IMG/VR virus record: IMGVR_UViG_3300020045_001925
Span: 1-49,437 of that record
Direction: 5' to 3' (one strand)
DNA length: 49,437 bases
Source: a virus
Lineage: Duplodnaviria; Caudoviricetes
The translations under genes and the position numbers were made by a program. Shown here in pieces: positions 26,346 through 36,148 of the stretch. The notes under the pieces were generated by a model, which saw nothing but the letters and a program-made list of their open reading frames with translations, did no database searches and was not told the DNA's origin. The first letter of the stretch is position 1; each line of letters begins with the position of its first letter.

Positions 26346-27653
26346 ATGTCGCGGGTTTTAAGCTCATTTTTAATCGGTATTGGTTGGGACACAACGCAAC
26401 TCGAAAAGGGTACACGCAAGATCGAGAGCAGCTTGGACGGCGTCAAATCCACCGCGCTATCCACTGGTGCCGAACTGCTCAAAGTATTCGGATCAATCGG
26501 TGCGGCGGCGTTGGCGGTCGGCGCGGGTATCGGTGCCAACGCGATCAGTATTGACCAGTTGAATCTCAAGCTTAACAAAATGGCGACGTCGAAAACCGAT
26601 ATGATGGGATTGGGTACGGCGTTCAAATTGTTAGGTGGCAATGCCGAGGATGCCGTGACGGAACTTGACCGCATCGAGCAGATGATGGCCAACTTCCGCA
26701 TTAAGGGTGAAACCGGCGCGCTCGGTCAAATGGCGTTCATTCCTGATGCTGTGAGTAAAGATATTCTGTCCGCTAAAACGGGTATGGAATTTTACACACG
26801 ATTGCAAAAAGTGTCGGTCGGTTTGTCGAAAGATCAACAACGTGTGTTGCAAGAATCACTCGGTTTATCCGATGCTAGCATGAAGCTTTTGACAAAAGGT
26901 ACGGGCGAATTTAACGAACGTCTCCAAATTGCCAAAGATTTAAATTATCAATCCGACGCGCTAAACGACTCTGCGCGCAAATATAACGAGCAGTGGGAAA
27001 CCACGAAAACACTTGTCGGCTCGGTTATTGATCAGATCACGGAAAAGATGTTGCCGGGGCTGAACAGCGCGCTCGGTGTGCTCAATGAGTTTATTCAGAA
27101 AAATAAAGCAACAATTGATAAAGTTGGCGATTTCGTAACAAAAAATGCCGGCCCGCTCATCGTTCCCAAAGCGATTGCGGCGGCGGTCGGCGCTGGCGTG
27201 GATAAAGTAACAGAATCGCAAGTCGTCAAAGACGCTGCGGCGAATGCCAACAAAATGACGCCAGTCATCAAAGCGAAAGAAGCCGTCACGAAGGTGGACG
27301 AACTGCGCAAACGCGCCGACGTATTGTGGAGTCAGCATCCACAAGGCGCTGCGCCGTCCACTGACGTTCGAGGCGGGTCGGGTTATAGCCCACAAGTACA
27401 GCCACCGATCCAACCGGAACGATACGGACCAATGACAATGAGCGCCGCACCGTCACGTAATATCGCGCGCGACAAGCTGGCGGAGAAAATCGGTGATAAA
27501 ATAGCAACAACGAAACAAGACACTCAGCCGCGATTCATTAACGAAGTCAATGTGAATTTAGACGGGCGTGTCATTGATCAACAAATCACTGAACAATCGG
27601 CGCGGCGTGATAAGGCGGCGATTGACGATTTACGGAGTACAACAGCGCGATGA
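26346..27653 (+). CDS. Tape measure protein (short, 435 aa)
   Basis: VLSSFLIGIGWD N-terminus, helical Ala/Leu-rich, position. Confidence 0.8.
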   Translation: MSRVLSSFLIGIGWDTTQLEKGTRKIESSLDGVKSTALSTGAELLKVFGSIGAAALAVGAGIGANAISIDQLNLKLNKMATSKTDMMGLGTAFKLLGGNAEDAVTELDRIEQMMANFRIKGETGALGQMAFIPDAVSKDILSAKTGMEFYTRLQKVSVGLSKDQQRVLQESLGLSDASMKLLTKGTGEFNERLQIAKDLNYQSDALNDSARKYNEQWETTKTLVGSVIDQITEKMLPGLNSALGVLNEFIQKNKATIDKVGDFVTKNAGPLIVPKAIAAAVGAGVDKVTESQVVKDAAANANKMTPVIKAKEAVTKVDELRKRADVLWSQHPQGAAPSTDVRGGSGYSPQVQPPIQPERYGPMTMSAAPSRNIARDKLAEKIGDKIATTKQDTQPRFINEVNVNLDGRVIDQQITEQSARRDKAAIDDLRSTTAR

Positions 27654-28309
27654 GTATTCTTAGTGTATTTATGAAAAAGTCGCCAACGATTGGCGGCTAT
27701 TCGTTCGACGCGGTGCTGGAAGATCATTTGACGCTCAGTGTAGAATTAACATCTTATCCTGTTGAGTCAGGCGCGCGTGTGAACGATCACCGGATCGTCA
27801 ATCCCGTTAAATGGGTGATGATGGGCGCAATCAGTAATAACGAATTGAAAACGAGTATTACGGATTTTATCGGCGGAGCTGTGTCGAATCTCACAAAGAA
27901 CCCGTACGTGGCAATGGCTGCGGGCTTGTCGGCAGGTTTCTTGGCGGGCAGTAGCGACACGCGGTCAAGTAGCACGCTTGAATTCTTGATTAAATTGATG
28001 ATGATCGAAGACCCGTTTGATGTTGACGCGGGCGATATTCAGCTCAAGAATATGGTAATCACACGGCTCTCGCGCGCTAAAGACCCCGAAAATGAAAACG
28101 CGTTAATCTTTGTTGCAGAGTTGCAAGAACTAATCACGATTGATCGTTTACCGTTGTTGGGTCAACCGCAACAATATCAACTCCGCCCCGGCGACGTAGC
28201 GCAATCGGGCATTGCTGGAATGATTAAAAAAGGCCAAGCGGCGGTCAAGTCGGCGGTGAGTGGCGCGGTATCGAGCGCGACGAATAAAGTTCTCAAGAGT
28301 GTGTTCTGA
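27650..28309 (+). CDS. Baseplate / tube initiator (Dit-like)
   Basis: FDAVLED..LTSYPVESGA..NDH motif. Confidence 0.75.
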   Translation: MSILSVFMKKSPTIGGYSFDAVLEDHLTLSVELTSYPVESGARVNDHRIVNPVKWVMMGAISNNELKTSITDFIGGAVSNLTKNPYVAMAAGLSAGFLAGSSDTRSSSTLEFLIKLMMIEDPFDVDAGDIQLKNMVITRLSRAKDPENENALIFVAELQELITIDRLPLLGQPQQYQLRPGDVAQSGIAGMIKKGQAAVKSAVSGAVSSATNKVLKSVF

Positions 28310-28605
28310 TGATCGAAATTCCGCTCAAAGGTGGCGCTGAAAACGCGCATCAACAATTTAGCGCAACGCTTGATGGTGTATTCCTCAATTTCACTTTGAA
28401 TTACGTGTCATATCTTGACGCGCCTGCTTGGTCGATGGACATTCACCGCGACGGATTGTTGATTGTCGCGGGTGCTATGCTCGTATCGGGTGCAGATGTG
28501 ATCGCGTCGTATCGCGCAGGTATTGGACATTTGATCTTTAGCGGCGCAGAGGTTACGCTGGACAATCTCGGCATGGCGAATAACCTTGTGTGGGTAGCTG
28601 AATGA
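28309..28605 (+). CDS. Baseplate protein
   Basis: MIEIPL..QQF..L..WSMDI..L.SG.D pattern; position. Confidence 0.7.
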   Translation: MIEIPLKGGAENAHQQFSATLDGVFLNFTLNYVSYLDAPAWSMDIHRDGLLIVAGAMLVSGADVIASYRAGIGHLIFSGAEVTLDNLGMANNLVWVAE

Positions 28606-30044
28606 ATTTCGGGCGCATGTGGCAAGTTGAAATTGACGGCGAGGTATTCGTTGCGGCTAAAGACGTGCCACAGTTGCGCGTTGAATTTGATGTGACGGTG
28701 GCACACGGTAACACGATTTCATTCGCTGACATTCGGATCACCAATTTGGCGAAAGTATCGACGATCCGTCAAGGCGCGCATATTTCACTGAGCGCCGGCT
28801 ACAAAGATTCGTATGATGTGATCTTCACCGGCAATGTGACCAACTCGCTCAAAGAGCGCAATGGTACGGATATAATCACACGTTTGCTGTGTCGGTCGGG
28901 CGAGCCGTATTCGGGTCGTCTATCATGCACCGCCTCATACGGTAAGAACGTGCGCGTGGTTGATGTGATCAAGAGCCTTGCTGCGGCATGGCCTCGCCAA
29001 CTTGAAATGGATGAATCACAGTTCGACAACGCGCCGCGCATGACTTCGGGTTACAGTGTGAACGGGGATATTCCGTCAGCGCTCAATGAATTGAAATATG
29101 CATTTAAATTTGAATGGACGCAGCACAACGGCAAGTTAATTGTGAACAAGCGCACATATCCGCGCAAAACAGGTATCACAGAGGTGAACCAATTTACCGG
29201 AATGGTCGGAATGCCCGAGGTCAGTTTGGGATCGGACGGTTTGGGCGTGTTTGTGGTTACGGCGCTCGATCCGCATTTTGCCGTATGGGGGCGCATTAAC
29301 GTCACATCGGAGTTTGCTACATTTAACACCGGCAACTTATTCATTTCAGCAAACTCGGGCGATGCTTCGGCAAACGGTGAATACAATATCATGGCGCTAC
29401 GGCATCGCGGTGATTCGCACGGTTCGCAGTGGACGACTGAAATCGAAGGTATCAGACCGGGCATTGTTACTGAGCAACGCCCAGCATCGGCCGCACCGCT
29501 TGATACTGTGCCGAAGCCAGTAACGCCCGATAATGGTACGCTCGTGTGGGGAATGAATGTTGACCAAGATTTCCGTAATAAAACGCGCGAGATTGCAACT
29601 AAATTAGGTTTCGATCCGAATTGGCTTATGGCGGTAATGGCGTTTGAAACGGGGCGCAGTTTTAGCCCTTCGGAGAAAAACCCAGCGGGCAGCGCGACGG
29701 GATTGATTCAATTCACTGAATCGACGGCACGTGGGCTAGGTACGACTACGCGTGACTTAGCGCGTATGACTGCGGTACAGCAACTTGATTACGTGTACGA
29801 GTATTTCAAACCGAGCAAGAGTAAGATCAATAATCTTGGCGATTGTTACATGTGCGTTCTGTGGCCTCGCGGCATGGGAAAACCCGACACATATATAATG
29901 TGGGTCAAAGACGATCCGGTTACGGGGAAATATTACAATGCGAATGCGGGTCTGGACACGTCAAAAGACGGTACGATCACAAGGGGCGAGGCTGTGGCGC
30001 GAGTGAATCGGCAATTGAAAGACGGTAGGAACTCCGCCAAATAG
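28602..30044 (+). CDS. Baseplate hub fused to lysozyme-like (transglycosylase) domain
   Basis: LSAGY..IFTG hub motifs; C-terminal LMAVMAFETG..SATGLIQF. Confidence 0.8.
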   Translation: MNFGRMWQVEIDGEVFVAAKDVPQLRVEFDVTVAHGNTISFADIRITNLAKVSTIRQGAHISLSAGYKDSYDVIFTGNVTNSLKERNGTDIITRLLCRSGEPYSGRLSCTASYGKNVRVVDVIKSLAAAWPRQLEMDESQFDNAPRMTSGYSVNGDIPSALNELKYAFKFEWTQHNGKLIVNKRTYPRKTGITEVNQFTGMVGMPEVSLGSDGLGVFVVTALDPHFAVWGRINVTSEFATFNTGNLFISANSGDASANGEYNIMALRHRGDSHGSQWTTEIEGIRPGIVTEQRPASAAPLDTVPKPVTPDNGTLVWGMNVDQDFRNKTREIATKLGFDPNWLMAVMAFETGRSFSPSEKNPAGSATGLIQFTESTARGLGTTTRDLARMTAVQQLDYVYEYFKPSKSKINNLGDCYMCVLWPRGMGKPDTYIMWVKDDPVTGKYYNANAGLDTSKDGTITRGEAVARVNRQLKDGRNSAK

Positions 30045-30068
30045 AAAAGACCCGCCGAAGCGGGTCTT
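30045..30068 (-). terminator. Rho-independent terminator (minus strand)
   Basis: AAGACCCGC-TTCG-GCGGGTCTTTT. Confidence 0.75.
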
Positions 30069-30097
30069 AATTCACCGTCACCACACAGAGGAATCCC
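30045..30097 (-). ncRNA. Candidate ~50-nt antisense sRNA
   Basis: Extended -10 TGcCATACT (30102-30110), GAUUCCUCUGUGUGGUGAC seed, C(UUCG)G terminator with U-run on minus strand; no minus ORF. Confidence 0.5.
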
Positions 30098-30124
30098 CGT
30101 TAGTATGGCACAAGAGTTTAAAAT

Positions 30125-30832
30125 ATGAAAGTAATCAACGAAGATAATCCATATCGTGAGACATTCTTTGAAATGATGAAAGAGGTCTACACTTGCTCGC
30201 CTGGTTATATTCTCAGTTTTGACCCGTTGACTCAGCGCGCACAAGTACAGATCGGCATCATGCGCGTGGATGGGCGCGACGAGTCACGCTTCGAGCCGCC
30301 AATTGTGGTTGAAGTACCTGTGAGTTTTCCGGGTGATGATTGGTCACTGGAATATCAGATTGACCCGGGATGTGAAGGGCTTATTCATTTTTCGCAGCGC
30401 TGCATCGACGGTTGGCTCAATACAGGCGGGATTGCGGATAATCCTATCGGACGCTTTCACTCGATTCAAGATGCTTTCTTTGTACCGGGCGTGCGGTCAC
30501 TCCCCAACGTGACAACCGATTTCAAGAATGACGGCGTGCGGTTACGCGATAAAATTGGCACGCAGACCGTGTGGCTCAAGAAGGATGGTTCGATCCATGC
30601 CGAGAATCCGAAGGTGCATGTTATACTGGGTGCAGATGGCGTTATCAACATGAACAATGGTGTGGGTAATATCACAATGGCGGCGAACGGGACCGTGACT
30701 ATCAACGGCGTGACAATCGATACTGCGGGCAATATTACTGCGACCAACGTAACTGCTGGCGGTAAATCATTACGCACTCACGTTCATGGTGGCGTAATGG
30801 CGGGTGGTGCAAATACAGGTGCTCCGGTATGA
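30125..30832 (+). CDS. Baseplate central spike (gp138/gpV-like)
   Basis: VPVSFP..GCEGL..FSQRCID.W, RFHSIQDA, beta-helix repeats, C-terminal THVH metal site. Confidence 0.88.
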   Translation: MKVINEDNPYRETFFEMMKEVYTCSPGYILSFDPLTQRAQVQIGIMRVDGRDESRFEPPIVVEVPVSFPGDDWSLEYQIDPGCEGLIHFSQRCIDGWLNTGGIADNPIGRFHSIQDAFFVPGVRSLPNVTTDFKNDGVRLRDKIGTQTVWLKKDGSIHAENPKVHVILGADGVINMNNGVGNITMAANGTVTINGVTIDTAGNITATNVTAGGKSLRTHVHGGVMAGGANTGAPV

Positions 30833-31185
30833 CGGTGCGCCGACTCGACCCTGATACGCTCGACATCGTGACAACTCGTACATTGGGTCAATTTGCCACA
30901 GAGCGGGAAGAAATCGCCCAGACGGTGAACACTCGTCTTGCACTGTTCTTGGGCGAGTATTTCCGAGATGTGACGGACGGTACGCCGTGGTACGAAGTGA
31001 TCCTTGGCAAAGGCGCGAGCGCTGACATCGCCGATGCAACGCTGCGAAACAGAATTGTGAATTCTCCCGGCGTGATTCGCCTTACTTCATATTCATCAGA
31101 TTACGACTTGACGACACGCAAATTAAGCGTGACGGCAGGCATTATGACAAAATACGGTATTGACGAGATCACATATAATGGCTGA
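30829..31185 (+). CDS. Baseplate wedge protein (gp25-like)
   Basis: AQTVNTRL.LF.GE.F.D...GTPW. Confidence 0.75.
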   Translation: MTVRRLDPDTLDIVTTRTLGQFATEREEIAQTVNTRLALFLGEYFRDVTDGTPWYEVILGKGASADIADATLRNRIVNSPGVIRLTSYSSDYDLTTRKLSVTAGIMTKYGIDEITYNG

Positions 31186-32392
31186 ACTTACCGACAAAGG
31201 TTATTTACTCAAGACGCAGAATGAATATTTTGCCGACGAGCGTGCGCTGTATTTGGGCATTGACCCTGAATGGAATCTCGACCCATCGACCCCTGACGGT
31301 TTGAAAATGGCGAGCGATGCTGAGATGTTTGGCGCGCTCGATGAAACGTTGCAACAAGCGTACAACTCGAAAGACCCGAACAAGGCCACAGGTATTGACC
31401 TTGATATCATCGGCGCGTTGACCGGATCGAAGCGTAGCGCGGGTACGGCGTCCACTGTGACACTTAGTTTATCTGGTGTAGCGGGTACATTGATCAGCGC
31501 GGGGAAGCGCGTTGAGGACGTACATACGGGTTACCGATGGATTATTCAGCAAGCCGTAACGCTTGATAGTTCGGGTAACGCCACAATTCAGGCAATGTGT
31601 GAAGTTACGGGACAAGTCCAAGCAACGCCGGGCGCATTGAGCAATATTCTCGATACTGTTGGGGGCTGGACTGGTGTAACGAATATTGCCGCCGCAACAC
31701 TCGGCACGGATGAGCAATCTGATTCAAACTATCGCATCGAGCGCGCAACGGCGGTAGGGCGTCCGGGCAATAATCAAGTCGATTCGCTATACGGTGAAAT
31801 TTACGCCGTTGACGGTGTGCGCCGTTGTCGCGTGTATGAGAATGATACCGGTAGCGCATCGGTGAGCGCCGATAATCCTAATGGTCTCCCTGCTAATTCC
31901 ATATCGGTCATTGTTGACGGCGGCACCGACGAAGCGGTCGCAATGGCGATTTATTTGAAAAAGAATCCCGGCGTCAAATATAATCAGTCTGGTACAGCCG
32001 TTGTGGTGTTAGTCACTTCGCCAAAATATCCTACGAATGTCGAAAATATCAAATACGCCCGCCCGCTATATGTGGATATGGTCATCGTTATGACGTTGAA
32101 AAATGACGGTACGCTACCCTCTAACGTAGAAGATTTGATTCGTGACGCATTCATTGAATTCACGATGGGCGATTTGATTCCGGCAGAATATGGTTTCAAA
32201 GTGGCGGGTTTTGATATCGGCGAAGATGTACCGTATTCGACTATGTTCACGCCAGTGAATCAGGTGATTGGTTCGTACGGTAATAGTTACGTGCAGACCA
32301 TGACGGTCAACGGCGGCACTGCACTTGTGGATATCCCTTTTAATTCGTTGGCTCGGTTCACGTCGGCAAATATCACGGTTAACGTCGTATGA
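31178..32392 (+). CDS. Baseplate J-like protein
   Basis: ATGIDLD, G.DEQSD..YR, VYENDT motifs. Confidence 0.85.
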   Translation: MAELTDKGYLLKTQNEYFADERALYLGIDPEWNLDPSTPDGLKMASDAEMFGALDETLQQAYNSKDPNKATGIDLDIIGALTGSKRSAGTASTVTLSLSGVAGTLISAGKRVEDVHTGYRWIIQQAVTLDSSGNATIQAMCEVTGQVQATPGALSNILDTVGGWTGVTNIAAATLGTDEQSDSNYRIERATAVGRPGNNQVDSLYGEIYAVDGVRRCRVYENDTGSASVSADNPNGLPANSISVIVDGGTDEAVAMAIYLKKNPGVKYNQSGTAVVVLVTSPKYPTNVENIKYARPLYVDMVIVMTLKNDGTLPSNVEDLIRDAFIEFTMGDLIPAEYGFKVAGFDIGEDVPYSTMFTPVNQVIGSYGNSYVQTMTVNGGTALVDIPFNSLARFTSANITVNVV

Positions 32393-33036
32393 TGAATGCC
32401 CCTGATCGGATTTACGCACAATATCGAAATAAGCCAAAGGCCGTAAAATGGTTCAACATTGTGCCGCAACTGGTTCAGCCGTTGGTTGATACTGCGGCTC
32501 ATGTGCGTAATATGTATGACATTGACGCGATGCAGGGAGAACAACTAAATATCATCGGACGGGTTGTCGTCATACCTCGCGGGTTCTTAGGCACGACATT
32601 GCTGACGGTGTCCGAGTTTGCGCTACTTGACGGCGCTGAATTTGGCGATGATCAAGCTGTGTTTAGCGCAACATCGATTGATACAGATATGCAGATGTCC
32701 GATGATCTGTATCGGATTGCGATACGCGCCAAGATTGCCAAGAATAATTCAGACGCAACGATTGATTCGATCCTCGACGGTGTGAATCAGTTAATTCCAC
32801 ACGTTAACGCGGTGAGGTTGATTGACCCCGAGAACATGACGTTCAGTATCGAGTTTTACGGTAATATCAGTGAGTTAGAGCGATGGGCGCTCATTCACGG
32901 TAAAATGATCGCAAAACCGCAAGGAGTGCGCTTTACCGGATTTCTGGAAGGCGCGGGATATGTTGAATGTGGTGACCCAGAACAACAATTTGGCGACAGC
33001 GCAGCGCAGTGCGTCGGCCTCACAGGAGTGATTTAA
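32389..33036 (+). CDS. Baseplate wedge protein (DUF2612-like)
   Basis: QYRNKPK, GEQLNIIGR.V, DDLYR..I.AKIAKN, KPQGV. Confidence 0.8.
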   Translation: MMNAPDRIYAQYRNKPKAVKWFNIVPQLVQPLVDTAAHVRNMYDIDAMQGEQLNIIGRVVVIPRGFLGTTLLTVSEFALLDGAEFGDDQAVFSATSIDTDMQMSDDLYRIAIRAKIAKNNSDATIDSILDGVNQLIPHVNAVRLIDPENMTFSIEFYGNISELERWALIHGKMIAKPQGVRFTGFLEGAGYVECGDPEQQFGDSAAQCVGLTGVI

Positions 33037-34811
33037 TGTCGTTAAAACGTTTTGAAAAATATCCCGGTCGATTTGATGGGGCTACATCGGGTCATCCTCA
33101 AGGTGCGTTTAAAAATCGTACATCGCCTACAACTTTCGATGGTTCGTATCTCGAACGTGACTGGGCCAATGATTGGGACGGGTTCTTCGGCTCATTGTTA
33201 ACGTCGGCAGGAATTACACCGAACGGCAATGTGGATGCAGTCGGCGCTAGTCAATACTACGACGCGCTTTTGTCTATAACAACCCCTAATGTGGCAGATT
33301 ACGATGCTCTTAGAGATTCTGTAGTCAAAACTGCGGCTTATTATATTACGGGGGTGTTGGTCACATCGGCCCCGTCTGGTATTGCTGGCTCATTTTTATA
33401 CGATGCCACCGACACAACAACACCAGACAATGGCGGGACGGTGATCGTGGGCGTTGGCGGTCGGCGGTATAAGCGTGCCGATATGTCGAGCATCACGCCT
33501 GAAATGTTTGAAGCAAAGGGTGACGGTGTTACCGACGATACCGTGAAGTTATTTAATTGTTACGCCTCCGTGCCAGAAGGCTCAACGATTTACTTTGACC
33601 CAACGGCTAGTTATTTGCTGTCATCGGCGTTTGTACTCAATCGCAATGTGAAACTTGATCTGGGTACGCGTGATGGCGGGGCGGTGATTAAATTCATCGG
33701 CGGCGGCTCTTATTTTGCTGCGCCCTATAATTACTGCATGATTGCAAAACACAGCTCAACACCTTTAGCTGGTTACACAGGTGACGCTTCTCGCTCTGAA
33801 ATCGTTGGCGGTAAGATTATGGGCGACCCTAGTTTACCAGCAGGTCAACGTGGCTTCCTTGGTGCGTGTCCTACCTACATCAAATTTACGCGGTTTAGTA
33901 ACTTCCCAGATGATGGATGCACCATCGGAGCGTCAACAGTCGAGGGAGTGATTGGTAATGCTAATGGCTCTACACTGGAAATTTGCGCAGCAAACGGCAA
34001 TGGTGGCAATGGCTTTGTTACTGATGGTAATGATGCAAACGCTTGTGTGCTGACTCGATGCAATGCCAGTGGCAATGGTTTGTTTGGATTCTATGACCGT
34101 AGCTTATTGGGAAATACCTTCCTACAGTGCGAGACAGATGCAAATACTACAGGTGGCTATGCTGGGCGCAAAGATGTACCACAAAGATCAACTTATATCG
34201 GTTGTTATGCGGAAGGTAATCAGCCTATCTTGTATGACGTAAACAAACAAGCTTTACGGATTAATCCGCAAGGTGCGACAGGTGCAACGTCTGCAAGTGA
34301 TGGTGTAGCGTTGACTGTTATTCCGACGGGTGAGCTATATCACAGCAAGAGAAATGTATTTGCTGATAACGAAAACATCGCAAACGCTGGCGGCACTGGT
34401 GCATATCCCGGAAAATATGCCGCTTTGGATCAGAACGGTTTGCGTTTCCGTGGGGCTGCTGGCGACCCTTTATTGTCGCTGAATAAAACGTCAAATTATT
34501 ATAATTGGAGCTGTGACGCCACTAATGTGCATCAAATTGTCATCACAGACCCCGGCATTGGTAATCTGAAACCGTTTAGATCGGTATTTCCTTTCGGTAT
34601 TGTAATTGGCACAGGGTCGGGTATCGGTAGCGGTATATCCGCCATTGTGGGGTCTGGCACAGCAGCGCCGACAACTGGCGACTATCGACAAGGTGCTATT
34701 TTTCTAAACACAGTGACCGTTGCCATTGGTTTCATCGGTTGGGTGTGCGTTACGTCTAGTGTCGGCGGAAATGGCGGCACTTGGAAAACTTTCGGCGCAA
34801 TTAGCGCATAA
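33036..34811 (+). CDS. Tailspike / tail fibre with beta-helix (depolymerase-like)
   Basis: N-terminal anchor YPG..GAFKN, DNGGTVI, FEAKGDGVTDDT, Asn/Gly beta-helix repeats, APTTG..GWVC..GTWK C-terminus. Confidence 0.85.
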   Translation: MSLKRFEKYPGRFDGATSGHPQGAFKNRTSPTTFDGSYLERDWANDWDGFFGSLLTSAGITPNGNVDAVGASQYYDALLSITTPNVADYDALRDSVVKTAAYYITGVLVTSAPSGIAGSFLYDATDTTTPDNGGTVIVGVGGRRYKRADMSSITPEMFEAKGDGVTDDTVKLFNCYASVPEGSTIYFDPTASYLLSSAFVLNRNVKLDLGTRDGGAVIKFIGGGSYFAAPYNYCMIAKHSSTPLAGYTGDASRSEIVGGKIMGDPSLPAGQRGFLGACPTYIKFTRFSNFPDDGCTIGASTVEGVIGNANGSTLEICAANGNGGNGFVTDGNDANACVLTRCNASGNGLFGFYDRSLLGNTFLQCETDANTTGGYAGRKDVPQRSTYIGCYAEGNQPILYDVNKQALRINPQGATGATSASDGVALTVIPTGELYHSKRNVFADNENIANAGGTGAYPGKYAALDQNGLRFRGAAGDPLLSLNKTSNYYNWSCDATNVHQIVITDPGIGNLKPFRSVFPFGIVIGTGSGIGSGISAIVGSGTAAPTTGDYRQGAIFLNTVTVAIGFIGWVCVTSSVGGNGGTWKTFGAISA

Positions 34812-34823
34812 CTGGGGTAAATA

Positions 34824-35000
34824 ATGACATTTATTGACATCATCGGCACGGCTGCTCAAATTGTTGGGACAGCTTCCACAATTGCAGCGATATTGCCTCA
34901 AGCGAACCGCGCAGTACCTATTTTACGTGTACTGCGCGGTATTCTTGACTTTTTAGCGCTCAATGTGGGCAATGCTAGAAACGAGACAAAGCCTGGTTGA
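34824..35000 (+). CDS. 58-aa amphipathic lysis-associated (holin-like) protein (not in ORF track)
   Basis: MTFIDIIGTAAQIVGTASTIAAILPQANRAVPILRVLRGILDFLALNVGNARNETKPG; GGGG SD; adjacent to endolysin. Confidence 0.6.
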   Translation: MTFIDIIGTAAQIVGTASTIAAILPQANRAVPILRVLRGILDFLALNVGNARNETKPG

Positions 35001-35472
35001 TTGTGATTTTACCCATGCACAGGTCGCGTTCCACTATTCTTCGAGTGTAAACACCTGTGCATGATCGATCTTTTGAACAATCCTTTCCCGCTACGTAGCG
35101 CCATTTCGTAAACTCTCCGCACGCCTCGTTATACTTCCCTTGCTGCAAATATTTCCAAAGTGTGGATTTCGTAGCATTCGTTGCGCCTACGTTATAAACC
35201 CAATCGAGTGTTGCAAGATGCACATTGTCCGGTAACTCGTTCGGTAGTTTGGTCAATGGCTCGTTGTGAGTCAATAGTGATTTGATCAATTGTGAGTCGC
35301 ATTGCTCGCGGGTGGCCGCATCTCCACGCTTTACACCTTTGGTTTCCCCGTAACATATTGTCCAGACGTTCCCCGCGTCAGGATATGCCTTCGTGCTGAA
35401 CCCTTCAAACTGGGTCGTTAGTGCTACCGCCATGACGAGCACGCCCCCGCCTAAAATGTTTCGCTTTTGCAT
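34975..35472 (-). CDS. SAR endolysin (T4-lysozyme-like, GH24)
   Basis: E-x8-D-x5-T triad (FEGFSTKAYPDAGNVWT); Gly-rich hydrophobic N-terminus; GAGGT SD before ATG 35472. Confidence 0.92.
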   Translation of the reverse strand: MQKRNILGGGVLVMAVALTTQFEGFSTKAYPDAGNVWTICYGETKGVKRGDAATREQCDSQLIKSLLTHNEPLTKLPNELPDNVHLATLDWVYNVGATNATKSTLWKYLQQGKYNEACGEFTKWRYVAGKDCSKDRSCTGVYTRRIVERDLCMGKITINQALSRF

Positions 35473-35525
35473 ACTTACCTCTTTGTGTAAAATGACCATT
35501 ATCAACCAACTAAGGTGCAACCGTC

Positions 35526-35696
35526 ATGAATAAATTATCAACAAGGGTTGGAATTAAAGACATCGGTGGCCGCGGTATGCCTGCTAAGAATGCATCGGGA
35601 ACGGCGACGGGTGACATTGGCGGTCGTGGTCTACCGGCTAAGAATTCCCAAGGCGACACGTTAATGGCTCGCATGGGTATCGGGCGCAAAAAATGA
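35526..35696 (+). CDS. 56-aa peptide with two DIGGRGxPAKN repeats (not in ORF track)
   Basis: AAGGTG SD; repeats differ mainly at synonymous positions; stop overlaps next ATG. Confidence 0.7.
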   Translation: MNKLSTRVGIKDIGGRGMPAKNASGTATGDIGGRGLPAKNSQGDTLMARMGIGRKK

Positions 35697-36148
35697 TAAT
35701 GAACGCGATATTGGTGACACTATGCCTGAGCGTGGTATACCGCCCGTCATGGGTGACCGCAGGGTACGTGTCGCTGACTATCGCGTTCGACTATCTCACA
35801 TCAAATTATCTCGGCAGCCATTATTACAGCTACGCCGCATTTATTGACCTACTTGTGATTTTATTGATCTACGCACAGCGTCCGACACGACGTGGATTAA
35901 GATTGATGATGTTAAGTTGTGTTTCAATTACAAACAACAGTATAGGTTGGGTAATTTGGAATGCAGGGTATCCGCCAGTCGTTTACAATATGCTGTCATA
36001 CGCCCTATACGGGGCAGCTATTTACATGATCTGCATGAAGGATACAGACGATGTGGCGCTTTATAGAATATCTAGGTTACGCGCTGTCATTCGTGGTGAT
36101 GCTGATTCAAGGTTTAGCAATGTTCAAAGAGGTGCGAAAGCGCTATGA
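35693..36148 (+). CDS. Multi-pass membrane protein
   Basis: Four to five hydrophobic segments; ATGA coupling at both ends. Confidence 0.75.
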   Translation: MIMNAILVTLCLSVVYRPSWVTAGYVSLTIAFDYLTSNYLGSHYYSYAAFIDLLVILLIYAQRPTRRGLRLMMLSCVSITNNSIGWVIWNAGYPPVVYNMLSYALYGAAIYMICMKDTDDVALYRISRLRAVIRGDADSRFSNVQRGAKAL

